NCBI GenBank assembly: GCA_963514005.1
Contig: OY740783.1
Coordinates: forward strand, 92,814,001-92,878,000
Origin: Raja brachyura
Lineage: Eukaryota
Length of the DNA: 64,000 nt
Direction: 5' to 3'
Shown here: positions 1 through 11,300 of the stretch, piece by piece
How positions within the stretch are numbered: the first letter of the stretch is position 1
Layout of the letters: the number at the start of each line of letters is the position of its first letter
Program-made: the position numbers and the translations under genes
Notes under the pieces: generated by a model
What the model was told of the DNA's origin: nothing
Database searches by the model: none
What the model saw: the letters and a program-made list of their open reading frames with translations, nothing else

Positions 1-207
1 TACATCTTATATTATTTTTAGCTTTAATGTGGCTTTATGCACTTCAGATCCTTTTGTAATATAGTGCAAAGTGCATTCTATAAAGCACATTTCCACTCAT
101 TCTGCCAACTCACCAAGAGGTCTCTTCATGCATAAAATTAATTATCATCATTATTTTCAATCTTTGCAATTTTGGACATCTCCCTCCAACCAGCTTTCTA
201 AGACATA

Positions 208-500
208 CCAGACCAAGTGGGACCCGTTGGGTCCCTGTCACACGGGAGGCCTGGTCCCCCAACGCAGCCCGTTCCCCCAATGCAATATTCCACCACTCAA
301 CCATAGCCCCCACGGGAGGCCTGGTCCCCCAATGCAACATGTTCCCAACGCAATATTCCACCACTCACCCATTCCCCCAATGCAAACTGCTCCCCCATCG
401 CAATATTCCACTACTCACCCATAGCCCCCAACTGCGCAGGGGTGACTCATTTCCCCTTATCCCCAGCACTCCCTCCCACTCCTCTTCACCCTCCCTCTTT
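208..500 (-). mobile_element. Non-autonomous Helitron, 3' part
   Basis: On the minus strand a GGGACCC-AAC-GGGTCCC hairpin (219-235) is followed by CTGG|T, fitting the CTRR end. The subterminal CAATATTCCACCACTCA repeats match the end of the Helitron at 34080-34239. Confidence 0.7.
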
Positions 501-834
501 TTAAACTTAAAAAATTGACTTTTCACTTTACAAAATCCAATTGCACTTGCTGCCAGGACTCAGTGTCCTGTGATTTGCAACATTGTAATGGGCAGGACCA
601 GTAAGTGTTAAGTTGGCAGTTTATGTAAATTAGATGACATTATGTGACATCATAAATGTCACATGCTTAAAACTACAGAGAAGCCAAGGATTAGCAAGAC
701 AAAAGGCAATGTCTGCATCACAATTGAAACCAAAAACTTGACTGCCACAAGTTTTGATGCTGGTGCCAACTGATGGAGGTTCACTAATCACAGTTGGTGT
801 GAATGGGGGAAAAAAAGAGTTTTTTTAGAAATCT

Positions 835-1250
835 GTGATATGAAATACTGCAGGTGTTGGAAATCTGAAAGAAAACAGAATACTGGAAAGACTCTGTAGA
901 TCTGAAATATCTGCATTGACAGCAATGCAGACTTAATGTCGCAGGTTAATGACCTCACAGTTCCAGATTTGTTTTCTTTCCTTCTCTTCTTATCAGTTAT
1001 CATTCATCTCCTTCTATTTGCATCTCCTCCATGCAGACCAGCAGCAAGTAACAAGTATACACCACTTTCTCTCAGCCGGCACATCTCCTGCATCAGCCAG
1101 TCAATTCTTCTCCACACTTTTTCAGACATTCCCTTTTTTCTCTGAATCCCTCACTTCTGCAACTTTAAATGTGTTTGATTCCTACCTTTCACCTTTGGTC
1201 ATCTACAGATATTGTCTGATCAAACTATTCCCACCATTTTGATTGTTAAA
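835..1250. repeat. Old decayed Penelope-type terminal-repeat remnants in both orientations
   Basis: Degenerate similarity to the GCAGATGCTGG...CAGCATCT terminal-repeat sequence seen in younger copies. Confidence 0.4.
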
Positions 1251-4090
1251 TATCTTCCCAATTTCATTTCAACATGAAACTTAGTGTGCTTCTAATATTA
1301 CTGTATCACACAATAGAAAATGCACTGATTTACTCAACGCAACCATTGGTTTTCATTTGCATGTCAACAACAAGATAGTAATCTGCATTCATGTTTTAAA
1401 TCTAAACAAAATTAGATTCTATTTTCAAACATAAAGGAGCTGTAAAGCCCCACAATTTGTATCTGAATTGCTTGGTTAAAGCGAATCTGAAATGCAAAAT
1501 TAGACCTTCACTAACTCCTTTGATCTCAAAGGAGAAAAAAACTAAAATGTGAAAATATACCACACTGAACAATCACACACTTGAGTGTGAAAATGTCTAC
1601 CATACATGTTATATATTGCATCCACTGTCACAATCTGTACAGTGCAGTGTGGAATAAACCAATAAGCAATATAATTATGAATGCTGTGATTCTTTAGCCA
1701 CACTGTTATCAATACAGTATATCACGTTACTATCTGCAACCCAGGCTAATTAGATATACTTAATTCTTCTTTCATCTGGTAATTTCAATTTTCCATGCCA
1801 CGCAAAATGTTCCAATTGATGTTCATCAGTTATCAAAAGGAATAATCTTGAAACTTTATCCTGATAAATCCGATTATTAAATAATAAAGCTATTTTAATC
1901 TTATAGGAGATATTTCCAATTGTGCTTAAGAAATTGTACCAGTGCATCTTTTTGTTGGCTCAAGTAACAAGTTAGCACATTAATGTGTTTCAAAGAAAAG
2001 ACTGATGACAGACAAGTTTTTTTTCAATCAATGATGACCGAAAAGATAGTTTGAAATATTCATCTTTCACTCTGACCTGTGTCTTTAGATTCCTACATTG
2101 TTCCAATGATATGCAATGCAAATTCATCTCATCTTTGACGGCATGATACAGCCTTCAGGCAAAAAACTGAATTCATTAAATTCAGATTACCAATGTTTCT
2201 AGTTTGCATCAGAATTGTCCTGAAATGTTAACTTCGTTTATCTCTCCATAGATGCTGTGCAAAATTCAGAGTATTTCCAGCGTTCCCTGCTTTTATTTCA
2301 AATCTGAAGTAGTTACTGTTGTATTGAAACACAGTTGTCAATTTGTAAAAGGTGTGCTGGCCCAAGGAAAAAAAAAAAGTAATAAACAACACTAGATTCA
2401 AAAGCATCAAATATTGTAAGGATGGATTTATAGCAAAACATTCTAAATTCTCAAAGCCCGGAAACAAAATTAATCAGTCAGGCATGAACAGGTCTCAAAA
2501 ATGATTTAGGGAACCACATAAATCTCTGATTCAGACCAAAAGCAACAAGAAAAAACACTGATTATTACCCACTATAATTTTTAGTTCATGAAGTCGTGGT
2601 GCTGCTACATAGTTGTTTTGAGGATAAAGATGATGGCATGAAGCCCTCCAACTGGAGTATAAAGAGCATCACAAGAGTGGTTCAGCAGTATTACCACGAA
2701 TCATCCTGAAGGACACAGCTCGTGATGAAAATAAAACATACCTTCAGGGGTCTCACAGTTACAGAGTGCTATGCTCAGTTGAGCTTTGCTAACACTGACT
2801 ATGAGTGGTGTTGTGGTTTTTGGAGGCCAAACATTTTGATCCTGGAAGCTCACATCACAGCTGGATTCCTCAGAGAATCAACAGCAATCCTACCTTCATC
2901 ATGTGGTCAGATGTATAGAAGCAGCACAATTTTTCAGCTCCACATACAGGTTTTATAATAAAGGAGCAGCCCACATACATGTGAAAGGATCTGGACAACG
3001 TTCAGATGTCAGATGATAATTGGCAAGTAAAATCATGGTACAAGGTTTCAGGCTATGATCATTTGAATGACCAAGAATGAGTTTAATAAGCATCCTTTGG
3101 CATAACAGCATTAGATTACTAAACATATTCTCCAAACCTCATTCTCTCATTCTCTAAAGCTTATTGAACTGTTTCTCTAAACCTCATATCAACATTGCCA
3201 TGATCCAGAAACTCAACTGGAACATTCATATAAATAGCATTGCTATAAGAATTGATCATAGATGGGATATTCTATCAATGGCTCACCTCATGTCTCATCA
3301 AAGGCTCCTTATACCTGACACAGCAGGAACAATTGAGATAAAACACTCCCTATCCAGAAGGATGTCACAGCAATATGTTTAAAATTCAGTGCTATCATCA
3401 ACAAAGCAAGCCACTTAATCAAGACCACCGCACACACCCATAGTTCTGAAGTGTGATGCATGGAAGGAGAGGGATTGAGGCTATATTCCTACATTCCACA
3501 TGCTTAAATATAAAGATGGTAAAAGTGTTTGGTCAGTTACTAGTTTTAGGGGCAATTATGTACATGGTTGAAATATTGAGTAGTTGTTTTTTGTTAGAAG
3601 GTGCTCAATAGGAAACCGTCAAGAATGAATACACACACGATTGAAAGATAATTAAAGCAAGAAATAACCAATAAGAACATTGGCGACAGAGAAAGATCTA
3701 AATGTTCAGTCAACAGGGACAAAAAGTGAATAATAGTTTAATGTGGACAATAAAACACAGGTGTGACAGCTAATATACATCACAGATGCAAGAAACCTTT
3801 GGTTTAAAAGGTGAATTGCAGTACACAAAGCCATTTGTATCTTACGCATGGGAGCCTCATTCAATTTCAATACGTTTCTGATTTATCCCTCAAACAGAAA
3901 ACATGGAATTGTTGTGCACTGTGCTCAGCAAAACACCATGCCATAATAGGTGATGTTCTTGCATTTGCTGTGTTCAAGATGCAATGCACTATGCTTAACC
4001 AATAACTGATGTTCCAGCTTGTCCTATTGCTCCAGGTGCAATACATACACTAAACAACAACTGGTGATCATGCTTACCCTGGTAGTCTTA

Positions 4091-4800
4091 AGGAGCTGTT
4101 CCACTGCGGCGACCTTACCTGCGAGTTTCGAAGAGTTTGCCCTCAACTCAAACTCGCAGCATGGTCGACACATGGTCCTAGGAGGTCATATGAGGTCACT
4201 GGAACTCTCCTTCATGATCAAGGGAGGTTCATGCATACTCGCGGCCTCAGTTAGGTCGCGGAAAATTTTTCAGCATGTTGAAACATTTTCCGCGAGTAAA
4301 ATATGGTCGGCATGGTTCTTTTTAACTCGTAGTGCAGTGGAGTGGAGTCACTATTTAGTTAGTCAGTCAGTCGAGGGCACCCGTAGGCAATCTCCTTCGC
4401 TGACCGGGCATTTTGATTAGCTCATTGGAGTTTTCAGGACCAAAGAAAACCGACCGGTAGATAAAATGCCCGCTAAACTTTATTATACTTCTTTAAAGTG
4501 TCTCCACTCCATCTCTCCTCCCCCCCCCCCTTCTACTCCCCCCTCTGCCGCGGTCTCTAAAGGACTTACCGTACACTGTGCAGCCGTCTTTTACCTTCCT
4601 CTTCATCGCGGGTGTGAATTTCAGACAGCGCTCCCCCGCTTTCCCCGAACCGCTCCTTTCGATGTGTTTGTGTATGTGATTGTGTGTGGTCGGTCGATCC
4701 AGCTCGCCGTTTCAACGCGAACGGTCGATCCAGCTCGAGGTTGAAGGTCGAAGACACTCTTCTTAACTCGCAGATTAGGTCGCCGCAGTGGACAGCCCCT
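4091..4800. mobile_element. PIF/Harbinger-type MITE (710 bp)
   Basis: Imperfect TIRs of about 37 bp (AGGAGCTGTTCCACTGCGGCGACCT.. / ..AGGTCGCCGCAGTGGACAGCCCCT) with TTA TSD at 4088-4090 and 4801-4803. No transposase ORF. Confidence 0.9.
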
Positions 4801-5216
4801 TTAGTGTTCTATATTAACTTTGTTTGGTTATCACTAAAATTGCTTAAACAGGAATGAGTTGAGCACACAAGTGAGTTGAATTGGAGATCAGGACATGTAG
4901 ATAATTGCAGCACCCAACAAGATCAATCGATGCAAAGATATTTGCTTGCCATTTTTATTCAAATGTCTACTATATCCAACACACTGAGATTTTGGATGTT
5001 ATTCATCAACATAAACCACGCTATAATGCACTGTTATTCCACTAAAATATAAAATGCAATTTTTAAATCTTTCAAGAATTATTGTATTGTCAGATTCTGC
5101 AAATGTAAGTCTGGTTTAAGAACAAATTTTGGATCCCAAGTCAGTTCATTGCTTTGAGGGTTTCTAACGTCGATTTATCTGCTGTTTGATTGGACTTCCA
5201 CATCATTGCCACTTAC

Positions 5217-5333
5217 CCATCTGTTCACCATAAAATGCAACTCGTTTTCTGTGGTCAGTTGTGCCCCAGTGATTCACAGGGACCAAAACTGTTTCCATAT
5301 AAATTAGATAGACACTTGTGTGTTAAGATGCCA
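5217..5333 (-). other. Putative non-coding exon, copy A
   Basis: Minus-strand acceptor TTGTTGTTAG and donor TGG|GTAAGT. All three frames contain stops. Paralogous to 11149-11300. Confidence 0.4.
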
Positions 5334-5394
5334 CTAACAACAACAGCACCACAAAGACAGTGATTTCAAGAGGGATTCACAAAGATATGACCTA

Positions 5395-5840
5395 GACTTA
5401 GGGGCTTGAGTTATAAGGGGAGACTTGATAGACTTCTTTGATTGAAGTGTGGGTGGCCTTAAGTGTACAAAATCTTGAGGGGCATGGATAAAGTGAATAC
5501 TCACAGCATTTCCTGCCTGCCCCCCTTCCCTCAACCCATAAAGAGGAGATTATTCCAAAATTAGAGGGCATAGGCTTAAGTTGAGAGGGGAGATATTGAA
5601 GATGGGTCTCAGGGGCAGCTTTTTCACTCAGAGGATAATATGTATCTAAACAAATTGCCAGAGGAAGCTGTTGAAGTGGATAGATACAATTACAACTTAC
5701 AAAAGACATTTGGACAGATATATGGATTGGAAGAGTTTAGAGATATGGTTCAAATGTAAGCACATGGAACTTGCCCAGAATGTCAAATTAGCATAGACAA
5801 ATTGGATCAAAGTGTTTCTGTTTTGTGTAACTCTCTAGTT
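5395..5840 (+). mobile_element. Decayed CR1 LINE 3' fragment
   Basis: Degenerate CR1 3' end (AGAGGGCATAGGCTTAAG...TTTTCACTCAGAGG...GACATTTGGACAG). Confidence 0.75.
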
Positions 5841-7166
5841 CAGCCATTCACAGGAATTAATGCTTTTACACATAATTTTTGAATTTAACAATATTATGGG
5901 AGCTCGTTCATAGTTCATAATCTGGGCATGCATAACCTGGGTTATGAATGTTATTTATACTTCATCTCCTGCTGACCTGATCCAGTGTCTTACAACATGG
6001 TGTTTCTTGGCAAGATGAGCATCAAACAATGAATTGATGACTTATACCAATTTCAAAACTAAACCAAATTCTCACACTGGGTGCTCAGCTTTGATACTAG
6101 CTTCTTCCTTTCGCAGTTGACAAGGGTGACTGTACAATACATCTTGATTAGTGAAATTCACTGTTAATAGAAACATGTTCCATCTGCAAAACATTTTGTC
6201 AGGAAAAATGAAACATATGCTTGCTCCATATATAATAGAAAGTGCACCAAAAATAAATTATTAGTGTCAGTGATTTGTAAAACCAGCTTTGAACCTTTCT
6301 ACTAAATTCCAATCACACCAACTTGTTATTAACAATTGAATTATTATATTTTTAAATGACTGAGTAGACATTATCCCCAGGAATATTAGTCTACCAAAAA
6401 TATGTTTTTTTAAATGGGACCTTGTGAATGCAAGGCATTAAAATGGAAGACATTCTCCCAAGGAATTAATGATCGACATACGTGTACAGGCTTCAACTCT
6501 AAAGGCCCTGTCTCACGGTGCGAGTTGACACACGAGTGACAGACTCGTGGTTGTGTACGATATTCCAAGTTGATGTGCAAGTGTTTGAGGCGAGTTCCCA
6601 CGTGTATGGTAATCTGCGATGTTCCGAGATCGTCTCCAGAGTTACCAAGTTCCCCTCCCGTTTGCTCTTGAGTTACCAAGTTCCTCTCCCGCTCAGGGCG
6701 TGTGTTGTTGCTGCAGTCCGGGATTCGCATTTAAAGCACTCGGTTATCTTCAGCAGTTCAGGCGAGGACAGGTTTTGGGGGGGGGGGGGGGGGCGAGGGA
6801 TGGTGGAATTGGGAGAAGGCAAAGACTATGGGTGGGGAGGAGTGAGAGGGGGGGCTAGGAACGGCATCTGCGAAACGGGTAGTCAACCTTTAGGGTCCCG
6901 GCCCGAAACATCCCTGTACATTTTATGATTTCCCTCCAAAGATGCAGTCTCCCGTGGTTTGTTTGCACAACTCTCTTCCCTCTCTCTCCCAACATTGGGG
7001 GGGGGGGGGGGAACGACGACAAGATAGTTTAAACGGACCTTACCCCCACTTCATGCTTCTGTTGCGCATAATTCAGCAGTAAAACCTCTCTTCCCCTTAC
7101 CCAGCTACGCCCGATTCCTCGCACCCCCACAAGTTCACATCGACGAGGGAAGAATGAGCGGGGAGT

Positions 7167-7194
7167 CTGAAGAAGGGTCCCGACCCGAAACATC
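7167..7194 (+). ncRNA. Hammerhead-like core in a Penelope terminal-repeat fragment
   Basis: CTGAAGA-A-GGGTCCCGACCC-GAAA-CATC. Confidence 0.5.
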
Positions 7195-7406
7195 ACCCAT
7201 TCCTTCTCTCCAGATGCGATGCCTGTCCCGCTGAGTTACTCCAGCATGTTTGTGTCTATCGTCGGTGTAAACCAGCATCTGCAGTTCCTTCCTACACACG
7301 GACAGTGAAGTGCCTCGGCCAAATTATAGGAACATTAGGATTCTCTGATGTGAAGGTAGTCTGGTTTGCGTTTCTTACACTTGATCATATCCGAAACTAA
7401 AGTATA

Positions 7407-7568
7407 GATAGACACAAAATGCTTGCGTAACTCGGCGGGACAGGCCGCATATCTGGAGAGAAGGAATGGGTGGCGTTTTGGGTAAGTCTGAAGAAGGGTC
7501 TCGACTCCATTCCTTCTCTCCAGAGATGCTGCCTGGTCCGCTGAGTTACTCCAGCATTTTGTGTCTAT
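7407..7568. repeat. Fold-back Penelope terminal-repeat mini-element
   Basis: ATAGACACAAAATGCT...GAGAAGGAATGG is imperfectly inverted against CCATTCCTTCTC...AGCATTTTGTGTCTAT, around a truncated CTGAAGAAGGGTCTCGAC core. Confidence 0.7.
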
Positions 7569-8499
7569 TAAAGAGTTCCCACGTTAGTCGCACGAATCAC
7601 TAAACTTAACACACGGGCCACGACGATATAACTCTGAGTTTAAATGTTTCAATTTTAAACTTGACCACGAAATTTGACTCGTGAAAAAAGTCAAACATGT
7701 TCACAAGTTTCACAGGTACCTGCCGTTAGCGTCACGAGTGGACAAGTTGATCGCGCGAGTTCCGATGTTCCCACTACGTTGGCTGTACGTGATCACGAGT
7801 GAAAACTCGGGGTCACTCGTGGGCCAACTCGCACCGTGAGACAGGGGTTTAAGCAGTTCAGAGAATTGCCGATTTTGTCTGCCCTTGAAAATTATTTAAA
7901 GAACATGTCCTATAGTATCTTTTTAACGCTACTAAAATATTGTCAGGATATGAAACTCCTTGTTCAAAATTTTACAGAGGTCACTACTTTGCAATTGCAC
8001 CTTATTATTAATTGTGATCATCACAGCATATCAGTCCACAAATGCAGGGTCTGATAAAAGGGATTTATTTTTCTTATATGTACATCTATGTCTTTTGTTG
8101 TGGACCTCATGTATGCTATCAGATCTGGTCTTTCCCACAGGCTGCTGCATTGGAACATTAAAGGGACCACTGTGTAAACTCAATCCACACCAAACAGTGC
8201 CCTGTGAAATTATTCTGAGAACTGTTGACCAAAAGTCAAAAGGTAACCAAGGAATATATTGCGCACAAAGAAAAACTTGAAATTGAGATTACGAGGCAAA
8301 ATGCTTAGAGACCAATGTAAGTCAGCAGAGACAGAATTACCAAAGTGTCAACCAAGCATGTAAATCGCTATTGAGTTGTAGAATATGCCATTTCAACGCA
8401 AGTTTTGATAAACAATGTCAAGTTGTTTTTTTTAAATGCACATCATACATGTTGAAGTACCAGGAAAATAAATCTCAGGCCAACAAGCATGTTAGATTG

Positions 8500-8930
8500 T
8501 AGAAACCAATAATTGCAAATGCTGGTTTATATCAAAGACAGACACAAAGTCTTGGAGTAACTCAACATGTCAGGCAGCAACTCTGGAGAAAAAGGATGGG
8601 TGACATTTTGGTTGTTTACTTAAGTGAACCTTCTCCAGTGTGATGTTGGCAGAGGAGTTGCAAATGCTGGTTTAAAGATAAGACAGAGTGTTGGAGCAAA
8701 TCAACAGGTCAGGCAGCATTGCTGGCGAACATGGATTAACATCATTTTGGGTTGGGAACTTCTTCAGTCAGAAGAAGGGTTCCAACACAAAACATCACCT
8801 CTCCATGTTCTCCAGAGCTGCCAGACCAGCGGAGTTACTCCAGTATTTTGGGACCAGAGATCTCTTTCATGCAACAAAACCTTTACACTGTACCTCGGTA
8901 CATGTGATAATAAACTAAACTAAACTAGTA
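8500..8930. repeat. Cluster of decayed Penelope terminal-repeat pieces plus a Rex1-type 3' tail
   Basis: GCAAATGCTGG...CAGGCAGCA segments in both orientations, then a (TAAAC)n tail at about 8910-8926. Confidence 0.6.
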
Positions 8931-9190
8931 ATCATCAAAATTAGATGAAGCACATGCTTCCCATTCACTCCCAGTATACAATATTTTCTCATTTAGTTAT
9001 TTTTTACTTAATTAATAATGCTCCTCATTTTTGTTTCCATTTTGGATTATTCCTTGAATGTTTAATGCTTCAATTTTTTAATTGCATTAATATGTTGGTT
9101 ATTGCATCACATACATTAAGTACACAATATGTATATATTCGCACAGATAATATATAAATATTGTGCTACTTCTGAGAAAAGGTTGAAAAC

Positions 9191-9810
9191 TGAAGAGAAA
9201 AAGGTTAGTTAAAACAAATGTAGGTCCCTTGCAGTCAGGAACTTGTGAATTGGTCATGGGGAACAAGGACATGGCAGACCAATTGAATAACTACTCTGGT
9301 TTTGTCTTCACTCAGGAAGACATAAATAATCTGCCAGAAATAACAGGGAACCGGGTGTCAAATAAGATGGAGGAACTGAGTGAAATCCAGGTTAGCTGGG
9401 AAGTGGTGTTAGGTAAATTGAATGGATTAAAGGTTGATAAATCGCCAGGGCCAGATAGGCTGCATCCCAGAGCACCTAAGGAAGTAAACCCAGAAATAGT
9501 GGATGCATTAGTGATAATTTTTCAAAACTCTTTAGATTCTGGAGTTGTTCATGAGGACTGGAGGGTAGCTAATGTAACCCCACTTTTTAAAAAGGGAGGG
9601 AGAGAGAAAACGGGGAATTGCAGACCAGTTAGTCTAACATCGGTAGTGGGGACAATGCTAGAATCAGTTATTAAAGATGGGATAGCAGCACATTTGGAAA
9701 GTGGTGAAATTATTGGTCAAAGTCAGCATGGATTTACGAAAGGTAAATCATGTCTGACGAATCTTATAGAATTTTACGAGGATGTAACTAGTAGAGTGGA
9801 TAAGGGAGAA
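9191..9810 (+). mobile_element. CR1 (HER1-like) LINE fragment, N-terminal RT region
   Basis: ORF 9229-9816 has KSPGPDRLHPR, WRVANVTPLFKKG and QHGFTKGKSCLTNL. Close to the copy at 57121-57736. Confidence 0.95.
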
Positions 9811-10353
9811 TGTTAAAGAAGGAACTGCAGATGCTGGAGAATCGAGGGTTACACAAAAACCTGGAGAAACTCAGCGGGTGCAGCAGCATCTAAGGAGCGA
9901 AGGAGATAGGCGACGTTTCGGGTCGAGATCCTTCTTCAGACTGGTCAGGGAAACGAGAGATATAAACAGTGATGTGGAGAGATAAAGAACAATGAATGAA
10001 AGATGCAAAAAAGTATTGATGATAAAAGAAACAGGCCATTGTAAGCGGTTTGTAGTGTGAAAATGAGAAGCTAGTGCGACTTGGGTGGGGGGGGGGGGGG
10101 GAGAGAGATGGAGAAGGAATGTCAGGGACCAAGGGCTGAGGGAGAGGTGGGGAGGGGGAGGGGGCAGTCTGGGTTAACAGAATTGAGAAAATTCAATGTT
10201 TAAGCCCAGAGGATGCAGACTCCCCAAGTGGAATATGAGGTGCTGTTCCTCCAACTTGCGGTGTTGCTCACTCTGGCCATGGAGGAGGCCCAGGACCGAG
10301 AGGTCGGATACGGAATGGGAAGGGGAGTTGAAGTGCTGAGCCACTGGGAGGTC
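9811..10353 (-). mobile_element. 5'-truncated Penelope-like element (GIY-YIG C-terminus plus terminal repeat)
   Basis: Reverse complement of the 3' end of 45857-47930, with a hammerhead-like core at 9912-9939. Confidence 0.9.
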
Positions 10354-10644
10354 ACAGTTTAAGGATACGGGGGAAGTCTTTTAGTACCGAGATGAGAAGA
10401 TCACTTTTCACACAGTGGTGAATCTGTGGAATTCTCTGCCGCAGAAGGGAGTTAAAGCCATATTTAACGCCATATGGCTATATTTAAGAGGGAGTTAGAT
10501 GTGGCCCTTGTGGCTAATGGGATCAAGGGATATGGAGAGAAGGCAGGTACAGGATACTGAGTTGGATGATCAGCCATGATCATATTGAGTGGCGGTGCAG
10601 GCTCGAAGGGCCTACTCCTGCACCTATTTTCTATGATTCTCTAT
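10350..10644 (+). mobile_element. CR1 3' end, continuation of the copy at 9191
   Basis: GGTCACAGTTTAAGG...GATGATCAGCCATGATCATATTG...TTTCTATG tail. Confidence 0.9.
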
Positions 10645-10911
10645 AGCTTGTTTGATTATATCACTATTTAAATGTACGTGAGAATTATCATGACTGCCAA
10701 GGAGGAAATGTTTTAATTTATTGCAATTTGTAAGGTAGGTACCCTGAAGTTCATTCCACACATGTTCTTGGATTCTCTCACTTAATTATTAACTTTATTA
10801 GATTTCATTAGAACATAGAAATTAATGGATTAATGAATTAAATGACTGGGCAGAATGGTGGGAAAGGATTCTATGATGTGGAGCCCTGAAAATCAACATC
10901 TATAAGAGCTA

Positions 10912-11044
10912 GGAAATGAGTCTGAAGAAGGGTTTTGGCCCGAAACGTTGCCCATTTCCTTCGCTCCATAGATGCCGTCTCACCCGCTGAGTTTCTCCAG
11001 CACTTTTGTCTACCTTTGATTTTCCAGCATCTGCAGTTCCTTCT
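10912..11044 (+). mobile_element. 133-bp Penelope-derived mini-insertion with a hammerhead-like motif
   Basis: Flanked by the 19-bp direct repeat TCAACATCTATAAGAGCTA (10893-10911 and 11045-11063). Core CTGAAGAAGGGTTTTGGCCCGAAACGTT at 10922-10949. Confidence 0.85.
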
Positions 11045-11148
11045 TCAACATCTATAAGAGCTATACATGCGAGTGAGATATTCACTTGCCATTCAGTGAG
11101 AGATGGTCTGTGTGGGACTCAGTACCCAAGGGGAAAGATGATGCTTAC

Positions 11149-11300
11149 GCATCTGTCTCCACCAGAGTGCAGTTATTCTTGGGTTTTGTTGGCTCCAATG
11201 GTTTCAGCTTGTTTCCTGTGGTCAGTTGTGCCCCCGTGATTGATAGGGACCAAAACTATTTCCATATAAATTAGACAGACTCTTTTGTGTTAAGATGCCA
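11149..11300 (-). other. Putative non-coding exon, copy B
   Basis: Minus-strand acceptor TTGTTGTTAG and donor TGC|GTAAGC. Paralogous to 5217-5333. Confidence 0.35.

Larger units (their letters stand above)
6503..7849. mobile_element. Non-autonomous PIF/Harbinger element with patchwork cargo, copy 1
   Basis: TIR AGGCCCTGTCTCACGGTGCGAGTTG / CAACTCGCACCGTGAGACAGGGGTT with TAA TSD at 6500-6502 and 7850-7852. Ends are shared with 21857-23488. Confidence 0.9.

Noticed and set aside
2590-2950. Splice-like signals near 2706 and 2742 on the minus strand
   Set aside because: The implied intron is only about 36 bp and no recognisable protein results, so chance is likely.
6777-7012. Long poly-G runs here and elsewhere
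   Set aside because: Homopolymers are common throughout the window and their lengths are unreliable. There is no evidence of function.
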